Shown in pieces: positions 28,455 through 36,893 of a DNA stretch of 64,000 nucleotides; the stretch's first letter is position 1; each line of letters starts with the position of its first letter. The DNA is from an uncultured delta proteobacterium. GTDB lineage: Bacteria > Desulfobacterota > Binatia > Binatales > Binataceae. The stretch is taken from the NCBI GenBank assembly GCA_963765675.1, contig CAVXXK010000007.1, forward strand, positions 40,297 through 104,296, written 5' to 3'. The notes under the pieces were generated by a model. That model saw only the letters and a list, made by a program, of their open reading frames with translations. It was not told the DNA's origin and ran no database searches. Made by a program: the position numbers and the translations under genes.

Positions 28455-28472
28455 TGGAAATCCAGAACATAG

Positions 28473-28913
28473 ATGTTGCGCTTCTATCGACGGCAACTGC
28501 CGCACTATCGCAAGGACGACGCATGGTATTTCGTTACATGGCGTGTCGCGCCCGGACGTGCAGCGTTGGCCGATGGCGAACGGTCGATTGTGGCGGAGAA
28601 GATTTGGCACGACGAAGGCCTGAAATATGAGCTCGCGGCGTTTGTAGTGATGGACGATCACGTTCATACAATTGTTCACCCCTTGGGCGGCCGTTGGCTC
28701 GAGGCTATTCTCCGCGATTGGAAATCATTCACCGCCCACGAAATTCAGAGGAAACGAGGTGCTCAAGGCGCACTTTGGCAAAGCGAATATTTTGATCGTC
28801 TGATTCGGGACGAGCGCGAACTGGAGCAGAAACGGCTCTACATACGGATGAATCCGTTTAAGCGGTGGCCGGAACTCGATACGTATTTATGGGTGTGGCC
28901 CCTCGAGGAGTGA
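28473..28913 (+). CDS. REP-associated tyrosine transposase (RAYT, HUH/Y1)
   Basis: RRQLPH, YFVTW, FVVMDDHVH (HUH), LWQSEYFDRLIRD, YIRMNP (catalytic Tyr). Confidence 0.92.
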   Translation: MLRFYRRQLPHYRKDDAWYFVTWRVAPGRAALADGERSIVAEKIWHDEGLKYELAAFVVMDDHVHTIVHPLGGRWLEAILRDWKSFTAHEIQRKRGAQGALWQSEYFDRLIRDERELEQKRLYIRMNPFKRWPELDTYLWVWPLEE

Positions 28914-28924
28914 CGCTCGGAGGT

Positions 28925-29023
28925 GGCGGGCGAGCCGCCCGTCACCACTGACAGAAAAAACTGGCGCGTGGAGCGAACGCAGCCTCATGATTTTATTCAG
29001 TGGGGGCGGACGGCCCGTCCGCC
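28925..29023. repeat. Inverted pair of 26-nt REPs downstream of RAYT (28925..28950 minus; 28998..29023 plus)
   Basis: CAGTGG T GACGGGCG GCT CGCCCGCC and CAGTGG G GGCGGACG GCC CGTCCGCC. Confidence 0.85.
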
Positions 29024-29047
29024 CGCGCCGTGCTTCGCATCCGATTG

Positions 29048-29494
29048 TTATTGCGATTTCTCGATCTCGTCTGCGACCTCGGCGAGCGCTTTCCAGCCTT
29101 CGGCGGGGATGTAGTTCATCTCGATGCGCGTGCCGTCGGGGTCTTCGCATACCACCGAGTAGTAGCCGGGCCAGAATGGTCCTGTCCCCGCAGGCGAGGT
29201 GATCTTCGCGCCGATCTCGCGCAGCATCGCGTCGAACGCGTCCACCTCGGCCCGCGACCGCGCGCGAAATGACAGATGATGCAATCCGACGCGAGTCTGC
29301 GAGAAACGATCGCCGTCGGGCGCAGCCTTTCCGATCACGAACATGAACTCGCCGGTGGCCCATCCGACGCCGTAGGGCGGCGCGTTGATATACCGGCGCA
29401 TCCCGAGATGGCGCATCACGCGATCGTAGAAAGCTTCGCATGCCTGGAAGTTCGCGACCGTCAAAGTGATATGCGCGATTCCGCCGAATTCCAT
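29048..29494 (-). CDS. VOC / glyoxalase family protein
   Basis: IAHITLTV..FYD, GLHHLSF, YYSVVCEDPDGTRIE. Confidence 0.92.
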   Translation of the reverse strand: MEFGGIAHITLTVANFQACEAFYDRVMRHLGMRRYINAPPYGVGWATGEFMFVIGKAAPDGDRFSQTRVGLHHLSFRARSRAEVDAFDAMLREIGAKITSPAGTGPFWPGYYSVVCEDPDGTRIEMNYIPAEGWKALAEVADEIEKSQ

Positions 29495-29513
29495 CGTGGT
29501 TCTCCCGCCCCGT

Positions 29514-30287
29514 TCATTTGAGCGCGGCGCTGCGCGTGATCCGGATGTTGCCCCATTTTCCGATTGCGCCCTGCCCATGACATGACACGCTGCCTTTGCC
29601 GGGCTGAAGATCTTTTTCGCTCATCAGCCCGAGCGCGAGCGTGCATGCTCCGAGCTTGAATGGCACGTTCGAGTAACGGCGCAGCTCCTTGCCGTCCATC
29701 AGGAAGGTCACGCGGTCGGCGGCCGATTCGTAAACGATTTCGAAATGATGCATCGCGCCGGATGCGGTTACGCCGCGCGCTTCCTCGAACAGGCAGAAGT
29801 AGAGCGGACCCTGCGCAGGCTTGACCTCGGGCACGCCGGGAAACGGCAGCTTGCCGTACACGGTCGCGACGACGTCGTTGCCGACGAAAAAATCCAGCGC
29901 CGCGCCAGTCGAGAAGTCGAGCACGTTGAACGACACGAAGCCGTCGTAGAGATCGCCCGGCCGTCCGTTGACAATCGTCGCGGAGAAATCGAGCGCAAAC
30001 GAAATGGTTCCGCCCGGAGGCGGCGCGAAGGTTTGCGTGCTGAAGTACATGTGCTTGGCGTTGTCGAGAATCTGGACTGAGTCGTGATGACGCGTGTATG
30101 GCACCGCGGCGACACGCAGAAAGCCGTCCTGGATAATCACTACCGCGTTGGGCTCCTGGTATTGCCAGAAGCCGCCGTCCTCGAGCGGAAAGCCGGCGGG
30201 AATCCATTGTCCCTGGCCGGTGATCACGGAAGCGAAATCTGAAAATTCGATCACTTCGTTTGAGGCCGCGTGCTCAGTCGTACTCAT
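29514..30287 (-). CDS. Conserved hypothetical protein (DUF6081-like, beta-rich)
   Basis: WQYQEPNAVV..TRHHDSVQILDNAKHMYFS..DLYDGFVSFN..HGQG; family recognised from memory only. Confidence 0.7.
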   Translation of the reverse strand: MSTTEHAASNEVIEFSDFASVITGQGQWIPAGFPLEDGGFWQYQEPNAVVIIQDGFLRVAAVPYTRHHDSVQILDNAKHMYFSTQTFAPPPGGTISFALDFSATIVNGRPGDLYDGFVSFNVLDFSTGAALDFFVGNDVVATVYGKLPFPGVPEVKPAQGPLYFCLFEEARGVTASGAMHHFEIVYESAADRVTFLMDGKELRRYSNVPFKLGACTLALGLMSEKDLQPGKGSVSCHGQGAIGKWGNIRITRSAALK

Positions 30288-30440
30288 TTGGATGCAGTTC
30301 CAGGTAGATGAATTTTGCGGCGTGGTATCGAATCCGCCGCGATCAAACGAAACCATGGCTCCGGAACCGGCGCAAGACTTCCCTGACGCGCTCGAATCGG
30401 CCGCACTAATTTGTGAGAATTCCAGTGCGGAGGATTCGCG

Positions 30441-31217
30441 ATGGCGCTATATGACAGGATCGGAATCGGCTACGACACCACGCGATGCGCCGATCCGTAC
30501 TTGCTGTCGCGGCTGCTGCACTTTCTGCGCCCAGTCCGCGACCGCTGGCATCTGGATGTCGGATGCGGCAGCGCGAACTACACGATCGCGATGCGCGAGG
30601 CCGGGGTTCGGATCGCAGGCCTCGATCTGTCTGCCGGGATGCTCTCGCGCGCGCACGCGAAGTGTCCCGCGCTGCCGGTGCATCGCGGCCGCGCCGAGGC
30701 GCTGCCGTTTAAGTCGGGCGCATTCGCGGGCGCAACCTGCACTTTCGTGCATCATCATATGGATGATCCCGTCGGCGCCTTTCGCGAAGTGCGCCGCGTG
30801 CTCGCGCCCGGAGCGCGCTTCGTCATCCTGAACGGCACCGCCGAGCAGCTTCGGCATTACTGGCTGAACGAGTATTTCCCCGAGGCGATGGAGAAGGCGA
30901 CTGCGCCGTATGCGCGCTTCGAGACCGGCGATTCGCTGCGCGCGGCAGGCTTTACGATTGAGCAGACCGAGCTCTACGAGATTCGCGACGACCTGAAGGA
31001 CTGGTTCCTGTACTGCGGCAAGAATAAACCCGAGCGCTATCTCGATCCGAAAGTCCGTGCCGGAATCTCGTCGTTTTCGATGGCTCCTGAGGAAGACGAG
31101 ATCACGCGCGGAGTGGCGCGGCTCGACGGCGACATCCGCAGCGGGCGGATCAAGGAAGTGATGCGGTCGTATGAGTGGGCCGGCGGCGACTACATGTTCA
31201 CCGTCGCCGCGCGGTGA
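30441..31217 (+). CDS. Class I SAM-dependent methyltransferase
   Basis: YDRIGIGYDTTR, LDVGCGS, GLDLS, AEALPF. Confidence 0.9.
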   Translation: MALYDRIGIGYDTTRCADPYLLSRLLHFLRPVRDRWHLDVGCGSANYTIAMREAGVRIAGLDLSAGMLSRAHAKCPALPVHRGRAEALPFKSGAFAGATCTFVHHHMDDPVGAFREVRRVLAPGARFVILNGTAEQLRHYWLNEYFPEAMEKATAPYARFETGDSLRAAGFTIEQTELYEIRDDLKDWFLYCGKNKPERYLDPKVRAGISSFSMAPEEDEITRGVARLDGDIRSGRIKEVMRSYEWAGGDYMFTVAAR

Positions 31218-31223
31218 CGCTCG

Positions 31224-32009
31224 TCACACGCGGCACATCAGCGCGCCGTCGACGATGATCGATTCTCCGGTCACGAAGCCCGCGGCCGGGGAGACCAGAT
31301 AGAGCAGCGCGCCGGCGAGATCGTCGGGCGCGACGAGCCGGTTCTCGGGCAGATACTTGAGCAGATTTTTCTTGAATTCCTCACCGGAGTTGGCGGGCGA
31401 TGCCGCCTCGTCAAGCCATCCGGTTTCGATCGCGTTGACGCGGATGCCCTTGCGCGCCCATTCGATCGCGAGCGCACGGGTGAGATTCAGCACCGCCGCT
31501 TTCGCGGCGCAATAGAGGCTCGCATTCGGCACGCCGCGCTGCGCGAGGATCGAAGTTATATTGACGATCGTGCCGCCTCCCTGCCGCAGCATCACCCGGC
31601 CCCCTTCCTGGCACGCCATCCAGATGGTTTTGAAATTATCTTCGATTACCCGATCGAACGCGCTGTCATCGGCGTTTTCCGCCGCGCCGTACCATGGAGC
31701 ATCGAGTGCGTTGACAAGGATATCCAGCCGGCCAAATTGCTTCGCGGCAAGGTCGGCGGTCGCACTGAGGTCGGCGCGAATCGCCGCGTTCTGGATCTGC
31801 AATATTGGCTTGCCGCCCGCGGCCTGAACCGCCTTCGCGGTTTCCTTGAGCTGTGCGTCGGTGCCGGGCTCGCGCGAAGCGAGCAGGACTCTCGCACCCG
31901 CTTCGGCCAGCGTCACAGCAGCAGTGCGGCCGACAGGATGCTCGGCGCCAATCACGAGAGCGCCTTTTCCTTCGAGAGAAAAGCCAGTCTGAATCGCTTC
32001 CGGTGCCAT
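31224..32009 (-). CDS. SDR family oxidoreductase with atypical Gly-rich loop
   Basis: IGAEHPVG in place of TGxxxGxG; IVNITS, YCAAK, IRVNAI, IIVDG. Confidence 0.85.
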   Translation of the reverse strand: MAPEAIQTGFSLEGKGALVIGAEHPVGRTAAVTLAEAGARVLLASREPGTDAQLKETAKAVQAAGGKPILQIQNAAIRADLSATADLAAKQFGRLDILVNALDAPWYGAAENADDSAFDRVIEDNFKTIWMACQEGGRVMLRQGGGTIVNITSILAQRGVPNASLYCAAKAAVLNLTRALAIEWARKGIRVNAIETGWLDEAASPANSGEEFKKNLLKYLPENRLVAPDDLAGALLYLVSPAAGFVTGESIIVDGALMCRV

Positions 32010-32025
32010 GATATTTCCCTCGAGC

Positions 32026-32820
32026 TCAGCTCGGTAGATTCGGAATCGCGCCGGTCGGGAGGATCCCGCCCGCCAATCCGCCGCCGTCGATCGCGATCAG
32101 CTCTCCGTTGATGTGATTCGAGGCGTCCGAGGACAGGAAGATCGCGAGCGGTCCGATCTCGGCGTCGTCGCCGGGGCGCCCGATCGGGATGAACTTGCCG
32201 CCCTTGAAAAAGCGCATCATCTCTTCGTTGTGCGGAAAGATGCCGGGCACGATGCAATTGGTCTGGATGTTGCTGAGCGCGTAGGTCAGCGCGAGCGAGC
32301 GCGTGAGCTGGATCACGCCGCCCTTCGAGCATGCGTACATGTAGTTATGTTTGCCGCCGCGCAGTCCGTAGCCGGAAGCGAGGTTGACGATCTTGCCGCG
32401 CTGCTGCTTGACCATCGCGGGAATCACGGCGCGCGCGGCGTAGAACTGGCTCGTCAGATTGGTGTCGAGGCCGCGGCGCCATTGCTCGTCAGTGATCTCC
32501 TCGATCGTTTTGCCGGCGGTCTCGTCTCCGCCGCCGGCGTTGTTGATCAGAATATCGATCTTGCCCATTTCCTTGAGCGCCGCCGCCGCCATCGCGTTCA
32601 CCGCGGCGGAGTCGGTCACGTCGGTCGGGACGATCAGGCACTTCCGACCGGTCTTGCGCACCAGCTCCGCAGTTTCGTCGAGCTGCGCTTGCGTGCGGGA
32701 GGCCGCAACGATATCTGCGCCGGCCTCGGCGAACTTCACCGCCATCGCGCGCCCGAGCCCACGCCCCGCGCCGGTGATGATCGCGACTTTGCCGTCGAGT
32801 TTCAGTGCGTCGAGAATCAT
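32026..32820 (-). CDS. SDR family oxidoreductase (classical)
   Basis: TGAGRGLG, INNAG, YACSK. Confidence 0.93.
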   Translation of the reverse strand: MILDALKLDGKVAIITGAGRGLGRAMAVKFAEAGADIVAASRTQAQLDETAELVRKTGRKCLIVPTDVTDSAAVNAMAAAALKEMGKIDILINNAGGGDETAGKTIEEITDEQWRRGLDTNLTSQFYAARAVIPAMVKQQRGKIVNLASGYGLRGGKHNYMYACSKGGVIQLTRSLALTYALSNIQTNCIVPGIFPHNEEMMRFFKGGKFIPIGRPGDDAEIGPLAIFLSSDASNHINGELIAIDGGGLAGGILPTGAIPNLPS

Positions 32821-32983
32821 GGTTTCACCTCGATGTAAGAACGAGCCTCGCGGCGCGCCCGCCTGCTAACTAACACAGCATCGGCGGACGGCAAAACCAC
32901 CCGCGAAATTCCGCAGCGCGCTTTTGACGGCGCGAAACGACCAACCGTATAGTGATCTTGATAGTAACCCGGAGGCCGAATCG

Positions 32984-33607
32984 ATGCCGCTCAAAATCAT
33001 GATGTTCTCCGATTTCATCTGCCCATTCTGCTACATCGGGTTCGAGGTAATCCGGCGGTTGAAGCCGGAGTTCGATCTCGAACTCGAATGGCGCGGCTTC
33101 CAGATCCATCCTGATTGGCCGGCCGAGGGCCTGCCAGTGGAAAAAGAGCGCTCGCTGGGCGATATGGACGCGCGCAAGGAAGCGTGGAAGCGAATCGCCG
33201 CGATGGCCGAGGCCGAGGGGCTGCCAATCAAGCCGCCCTCGATTTTCACCAATTCGCGCGCGGCGCTGCTCGGATGCGAGTACGCGCGCGAAAAGGGCAA
33301 GCCGGAAGAATTTGAAGCGCGGGTGTACCGCGCCTATTTCGTCGATGGAGAAAATATCGGCGACGAGAAGGTTCTCGCGCGATGCGCCGGCGACGCGGGG
33401 CTGGACGCCGCCGAGTTCGCCACTGCGATCTGGTCGCCGCGCTATGACTTGCGCCTCAAGAACAACACGCTCGCGGCTAATCAGCGCCAGGTGACGGGTG
33501 TGCCGACATTTTTTATCGGCGAGTTCGCGATGGTCGGTGCGCAGAGCAGCGACACGACTCGGATGCTTCTAAAGCGTGTCCGCGAGCGTCTTTCGAACGC
33601 GCAGTAG
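32984..33607 (+). CDS. DsbA/FrnE-like thioredoxin-fold oxidoreductase
   Basis: SDFICPFCYIG, GVPTF, GAQ; GGAGG RBS. Confidence 0.92.
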   Translation: MPLKIMMFSDFICPFCYIGFEVIRRLKPEFDLELEWRGFQIHPDWPAEGLPVEKERSLGDMDARKEAWKRIAAMAEAEGLPIKPPSIFTNSRAALLGCEYAREKGKPEEFEARVYRAYFVDGENIGDEKVLARCAGDAGLDAAEFATAIWSPRYDLRLKNNTLAANQRQVTGVPTFFIGEFAMVGAQSSDTTRMLLKRVRERLSNAQ

Positions 33608-33645
33608 CCGCGTATCGGGAGATTCAGGTCCGGAGGCATGACACG

Positions 33646-34206
33646 TTGACTTTCTCCCCGCGTGAGACTCCGCGCCTGGTCTTGCGGGCGGTCGCGATCG
33701 ACGACTGGCGCGCGATTCACCGCTACATGTCCGATCCTCAGGTCACGGCATGGCTGCCGGAAGGTGTGATGAACGAGGAGCAGTCGCGAGCGTTCGCCAT
33801 CAAGAACGCCGGCGACAAGCCCGAGGCGCTGGCGGTGCTCATCAGGGGCTCGAATGAGCTCGTCGGTCACATGGTGTTCCATCCCTGGAACGCGCCACAC
33901 ACGTACGAGATCGGTTGGGTGTTCGGCCGCCAGCATCAGGGGCGCGGGTACGCGACCGAGGCCGCCAGGTCGCTCATTGCCTACGCCTTCGAGTCGCTCC
34001 ACTGCCATCGAATCATTGCGACCTGCCAGCCGCAGAATCCCGCGTCGTGGCGGGTGATGGAAAAGCTCGCAATGCGTCGCGAAGGATACTTTCGCAAGTG
34101 CATTCTTCGCGCATCCGGCGAATGGTGGGATGAGTACTTCTACTCCATTTTGGAAGAGGAATACTTTGCCGATGCGGCCCACAAGCTGAAATATTCGGAG
34201 GGATAA
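33646..34206 (+). CDS. GNAT N-acetyltransferase (RimJ/RimL family)
   Basis: ETPRLVLR, EIGW, QGRGYATEA, NPASWRVMEKL. Confidence 0.92.
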   Translation: MTFSPRETPRLVLRAVAIDDWRAIHRYMSDPQVTAWLPEGVMNEEQSRAFAIKNAGDKPEALAVLIRGSNELVGHMVFHPWNAPHTYEIGWVFGRQHQGRGYATEAARSLIAYAFESLHCHRIIATCQPQNPASWRVMEKLAMRREGYFRKCILRASGEWWDEYFYSILEEEYFADAAHKLKYSEG

Positions 34207-34208
34207 CG

Positions 34209-34676
34209 ATGGCGAAATCGCTCGAACAGCGGATCCAGGAACTGGAGGATCGTGATCAGATCAAGGAACTCACGGCGCGATATTGCTGGCACGTCGCGCG
34301 CGGCGAGGGCGAGGCGGTTGCGGCGTTGTTCGCCGACGACGGCGCGCTCGAAGTCAACGACGGCAGCTTTCGCCCGGTGCGCGGCGGCGAAGCTTTGCTC
34401 AAGTTCTATCGCTCGGCGGTGAGCCAGCCGGAGCTCGCGATTCCGTTCATCCAGAATCACATCATCGAGGTGCATGGCGACGAGGCGCGTGGCACCTGCG
34501 GAATCGAAGCGCGCTTCTCGCGCAATGGTGAAAGCGTCACTGCGGCTGGATACTACGAAGATCGCTACCGGCGCGAAAAAGGCGGATGGCGTTTCGTCGA
34601 ACGCAAAATCACCTTCTGGCATTCGGTGCCGCTCAAGCAGGGATGGGCCGAAGCGAAGGCCGCCGCGAAGAAGTAG
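34209..34676 (+). CDS. SnoaL/NTF2-like protein
   Basis: LEDRDQIKEL..RY, LFADDG, GYYEDRYRR..WRF. Confidence 0.88.
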   Translation: MAKSLEQRIQELEDRDQIKELTARYCWHVARGEGEAVAALFADDGALEVNDGSFRPVRGGEALLKFYRSAVSQPELAIPFIQNHIIEVHGDEARGTCGIEARFSRNGESVTAAGYYEDRYRREKGGWRFVERKITFWHSVPLKQGWAEAKAAAKK

Positions 34677-34690
34677 TACGCGATCGAGCG

Positions 34691-35461
34691 ATGGCCGGCG
34701 ACAATCAGAGCACGCAAACCTGGGTGCCTGAGCGCTACGCGCACAACGCGCGCTATGTCGCGACGTTCGCCGACCCGACGCTGCCGATCCTCGCGCCGGC
34801 TCGCGGCGAAAAAATCCTCGATCTCGGATGCGGCGACGGCTTCGTCACCGAGCGCTTAGTCGCCGCCGGCGCGAAGGTGGTTGGCGTCGATGCGTCGGCG
34901 GAGATGGTCGAAGCCGCCCGTCGCCGCGGCCTCGACGCGCGCGCCATCAGCGTCTACGACCTCGAGTTCGATCGCGAGTTCGACGCGGTCTTCACCAACT
35001 CGGTGCTGCATTGGGTGCTCGAACCGGAGCGGGCAGCCGTGCGGATTTTTCGCGCCCTCAAGCCGGGCGGCCGATTCGTCGGCGAGTTCGGCGGCCACGG
35101 ATGCTGCGCGGGCACGATGGTCGCCGCCGCCGCCGTGCTGAAGTCCCGCGGAATCGAGTTCGCCCGCGTCAATCCGTGGTATTACCCAACTGCGGCCGAG
35201 TATCGCGCGGTGCTCGAGGGCGCGGGGTTTGCCATCGAGCATATTGAGCTCGCGCCGCTGCCGATTCGGCTCGGCACCGGGATGGAGGGGTTCATCGCGA
35301 CCTTCTGCGAGAATTTCTTTCGTCCGCTCGCGGCGGAAGATCGCCGCACCGCGGAGGCGGAAATAATCGAACTGATGCGCCCGTCATTATGCGATCGCGC
35401 CGGCAACTGGACGATGGATTTCGTGCGAATCCGATTCGCCGCGCGGCGTCCCCGCATGTGA
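34691..35461 (+). CDS. Class I SAM-dependent methyltransferase (trans-aconitate methyltransferase-like)
   Basis: ILDLGCGDG, FDAVFTNSVLHW, LKPGGRF. Confidence 0.9.
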   Translation: MAGDNQSTQTWVPERYAHNARYVATFADPTLPILAPARGEKILDLGCGDGFVTERLVAAGAKVVGVDASAEMVEAARRRGLDARAISVYDLEFDREFDAVFTNSVLHWVLEPERAAVRIFRALKPGGRFVGEFGGHGCCAGTMVAAAAVLKSRGIEFARVNPWYYPTAAEYRAVLEGAGFAIEHIELAPLPIRLGTGMEGFIATFCENFFRPLAAEDRRTAEAEIIELMRPSLCDRAGNWTMDFVRIRFAARRPRM

Positions 35462-35476
35462 TAAAGATCGGTAACG

Positions 35477-35704
35477 ATGGAACGGCAGCGGCGGCGGCTC
35501 GACCTGCGCGGCGTCAAATGTCCGCTCAACTGGGCGCACGCGAAGGTCAAGCTCGAAACGATGGAGCGTGGCGAGATTTTGGAGCTGATCCTCGATGACC
35601 CGCGCGGCGCGCGCGATATTCCCCGCGCCGCGGAAGCCGAGGGCTACTCGATTCTCGACTCGCGCGCCGCTGGCGGCGAAATTCATATCAGCATCGAAAA
35701 GTGA
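35477..35704 (+). CDS. TusA/SirA family sulfur carrier
   Basis: LDLRGVKCPL..GEILELILDDP...DIP. Confidence 0.9.
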   Translation: MERQRRRLDLRGVKCPLNWAHAKVKLETMERGEILELILDDPRGARDIPRAAEAEGYSILDSRAAGGEIHISIEK

Positions 35705-35728
35705 CGAAGAAGATCGCGGGCATTGCCG

Positions 35729-36862
35729 ATGGCGCAGAAACACAACTTCGAAGTGATAATCATCGGCGGAGGAATTGCCGGCGCGTCGCTCGCCTATTTT
35801 CTCACTCAACGCGGCGTCACCGATATTGTTTTGCTCGAACGCGAGACGCAGCACGGCTACCATTCGACCGGGCGCAGCGCCGCAACGCTGGTCGAGTGGG
35901 ACTCGATCGCGCCGGTGCAGCAGCTCAAGGCCCAGGGCGGTGAATTCCTGAAAAATCCGCCGGCCGGATTCGCCGAAAATCCGCTGGTCGACAATTCGCA
36001 GGTGATGCTGCTTTATCGCGACGGCATCTTGGGCGATTTCGCTGAATCCGCCGCCGGTCTCAAGCGCGATGGCGTCGCGTTCGAAGAGCTTTCTAGCCGC
36101 GACGCGATCGCGCGAGTTCCGGCTCTTGCGCCTGGTGCTTCAGCGCGCGCGCTGTTGCTCACCGGCGACGGCCGTATAGACGTTCACGAATTATTGACCA
36201 GCTATCTGCGCAATGCGCGGCACGCCGGCGTCGAGATTCGCGTCGGCGCGGAAGCGCGCGAGATTGTCGTCGAGGGCGGGCGATGCCGGGGCGTCGCGAC
36301 CGCTTCCGAACGGCTCACCGCGCGATTGGTCGTCGACGCGGCAGGCGCGTGGGCGGGCGAGATTGCGAAACTCGCGGGTGCATCGCCGATTCGGCTCGAA
36401 CCGCGCCGCCGCTCGATCGTGCTGTTCGATCCGCCGCCCGATCTCGACGTGCGCGGATGGCCCTTCGTGATCAGCGAGGCCGACCAGGTCTACTTCGCGC
36501 CGGAATCGGGCGGATTGATGCTGAGTCCGATGGACCAGATTCCGATGGCGCCGTGCGACGCGCAACCCGATGACGAGACGATCGCGGCGGCGATCGAGCG
36601 TCTGCGCGCGCTTGCGCCGGCGTTGGCACCGCGCACGCTCAAGCAGCGATGGGCGGGGCTGCGCACATTCTCGCCCGACTCGATTCCGATCGTCGGCGAG
36701 GATCCGCGCTTGTCCGGCTTTTTCTGGCTCGCTGGGCAGGCGGGATTTGGAATCGAAAGCAGCGGTGCAATCGGACAAATCGCCGCGGACCTGATCGCGC
36801 ACAAATCGACGAAGCGATTCGACGCCGCGGTGCTCTCGCCCGCGCGATTCGCGGCAAAATAG
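35729..36862 (+). CDS. FAD-dependent oxidoreductase (DAO/sarcosine oxidase-like)
   Basis: IIGGGIAG, STGRSA, DAAGAW, WAGLRTFSPD, GQAGFG. Confidence 0.92.
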   Translation: MAQKHNFEVIIIGGGIAGASLAYFLTQRGVTDIVLLERETQHGYHSTGRSAATLVEWDSIAPVQQLKAQGGEFLKNPPAGFAENPLVDNSQVMLLYRDGILGDFAESAAGLKRDGVAFEELSSRDAIARVPALAPGASARALLLTGDGRIDVHELLTSYLRNARHAGVEIRVGAEAREIVVEGGRCRGVATASERLTARLVVDAAGAWAGEIAKLAGASPIRLEPRRRSIVLFDPPPDLDVRGWPFVISEADQVYFAPESGGLMLSPMDQIPMAPCDAQPDDETIAAAIERLRALAPALAPRTLKQRWAGLRTFSPDSIPIVGEDPRLSGFFWLAGQAGFGIESSGAIGQIAADLIAHKSTKRFDAAVLSPARFAAK

Positions 36863-36893
36863 TGCGCGATTTACGCGCGCGGAGGCTTCCCTC

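Noticed and set aside
28473-28913. IS200/IS605 element with TnpB
   Set aside because: No tnpB is present, and the motifs and flanking REPs fit a RAYT.
28308-29023. REP copies as a CRISPR array
   Set aside because: Alternating orientation, irregular spacing, an intervening gene, and no cas genes.
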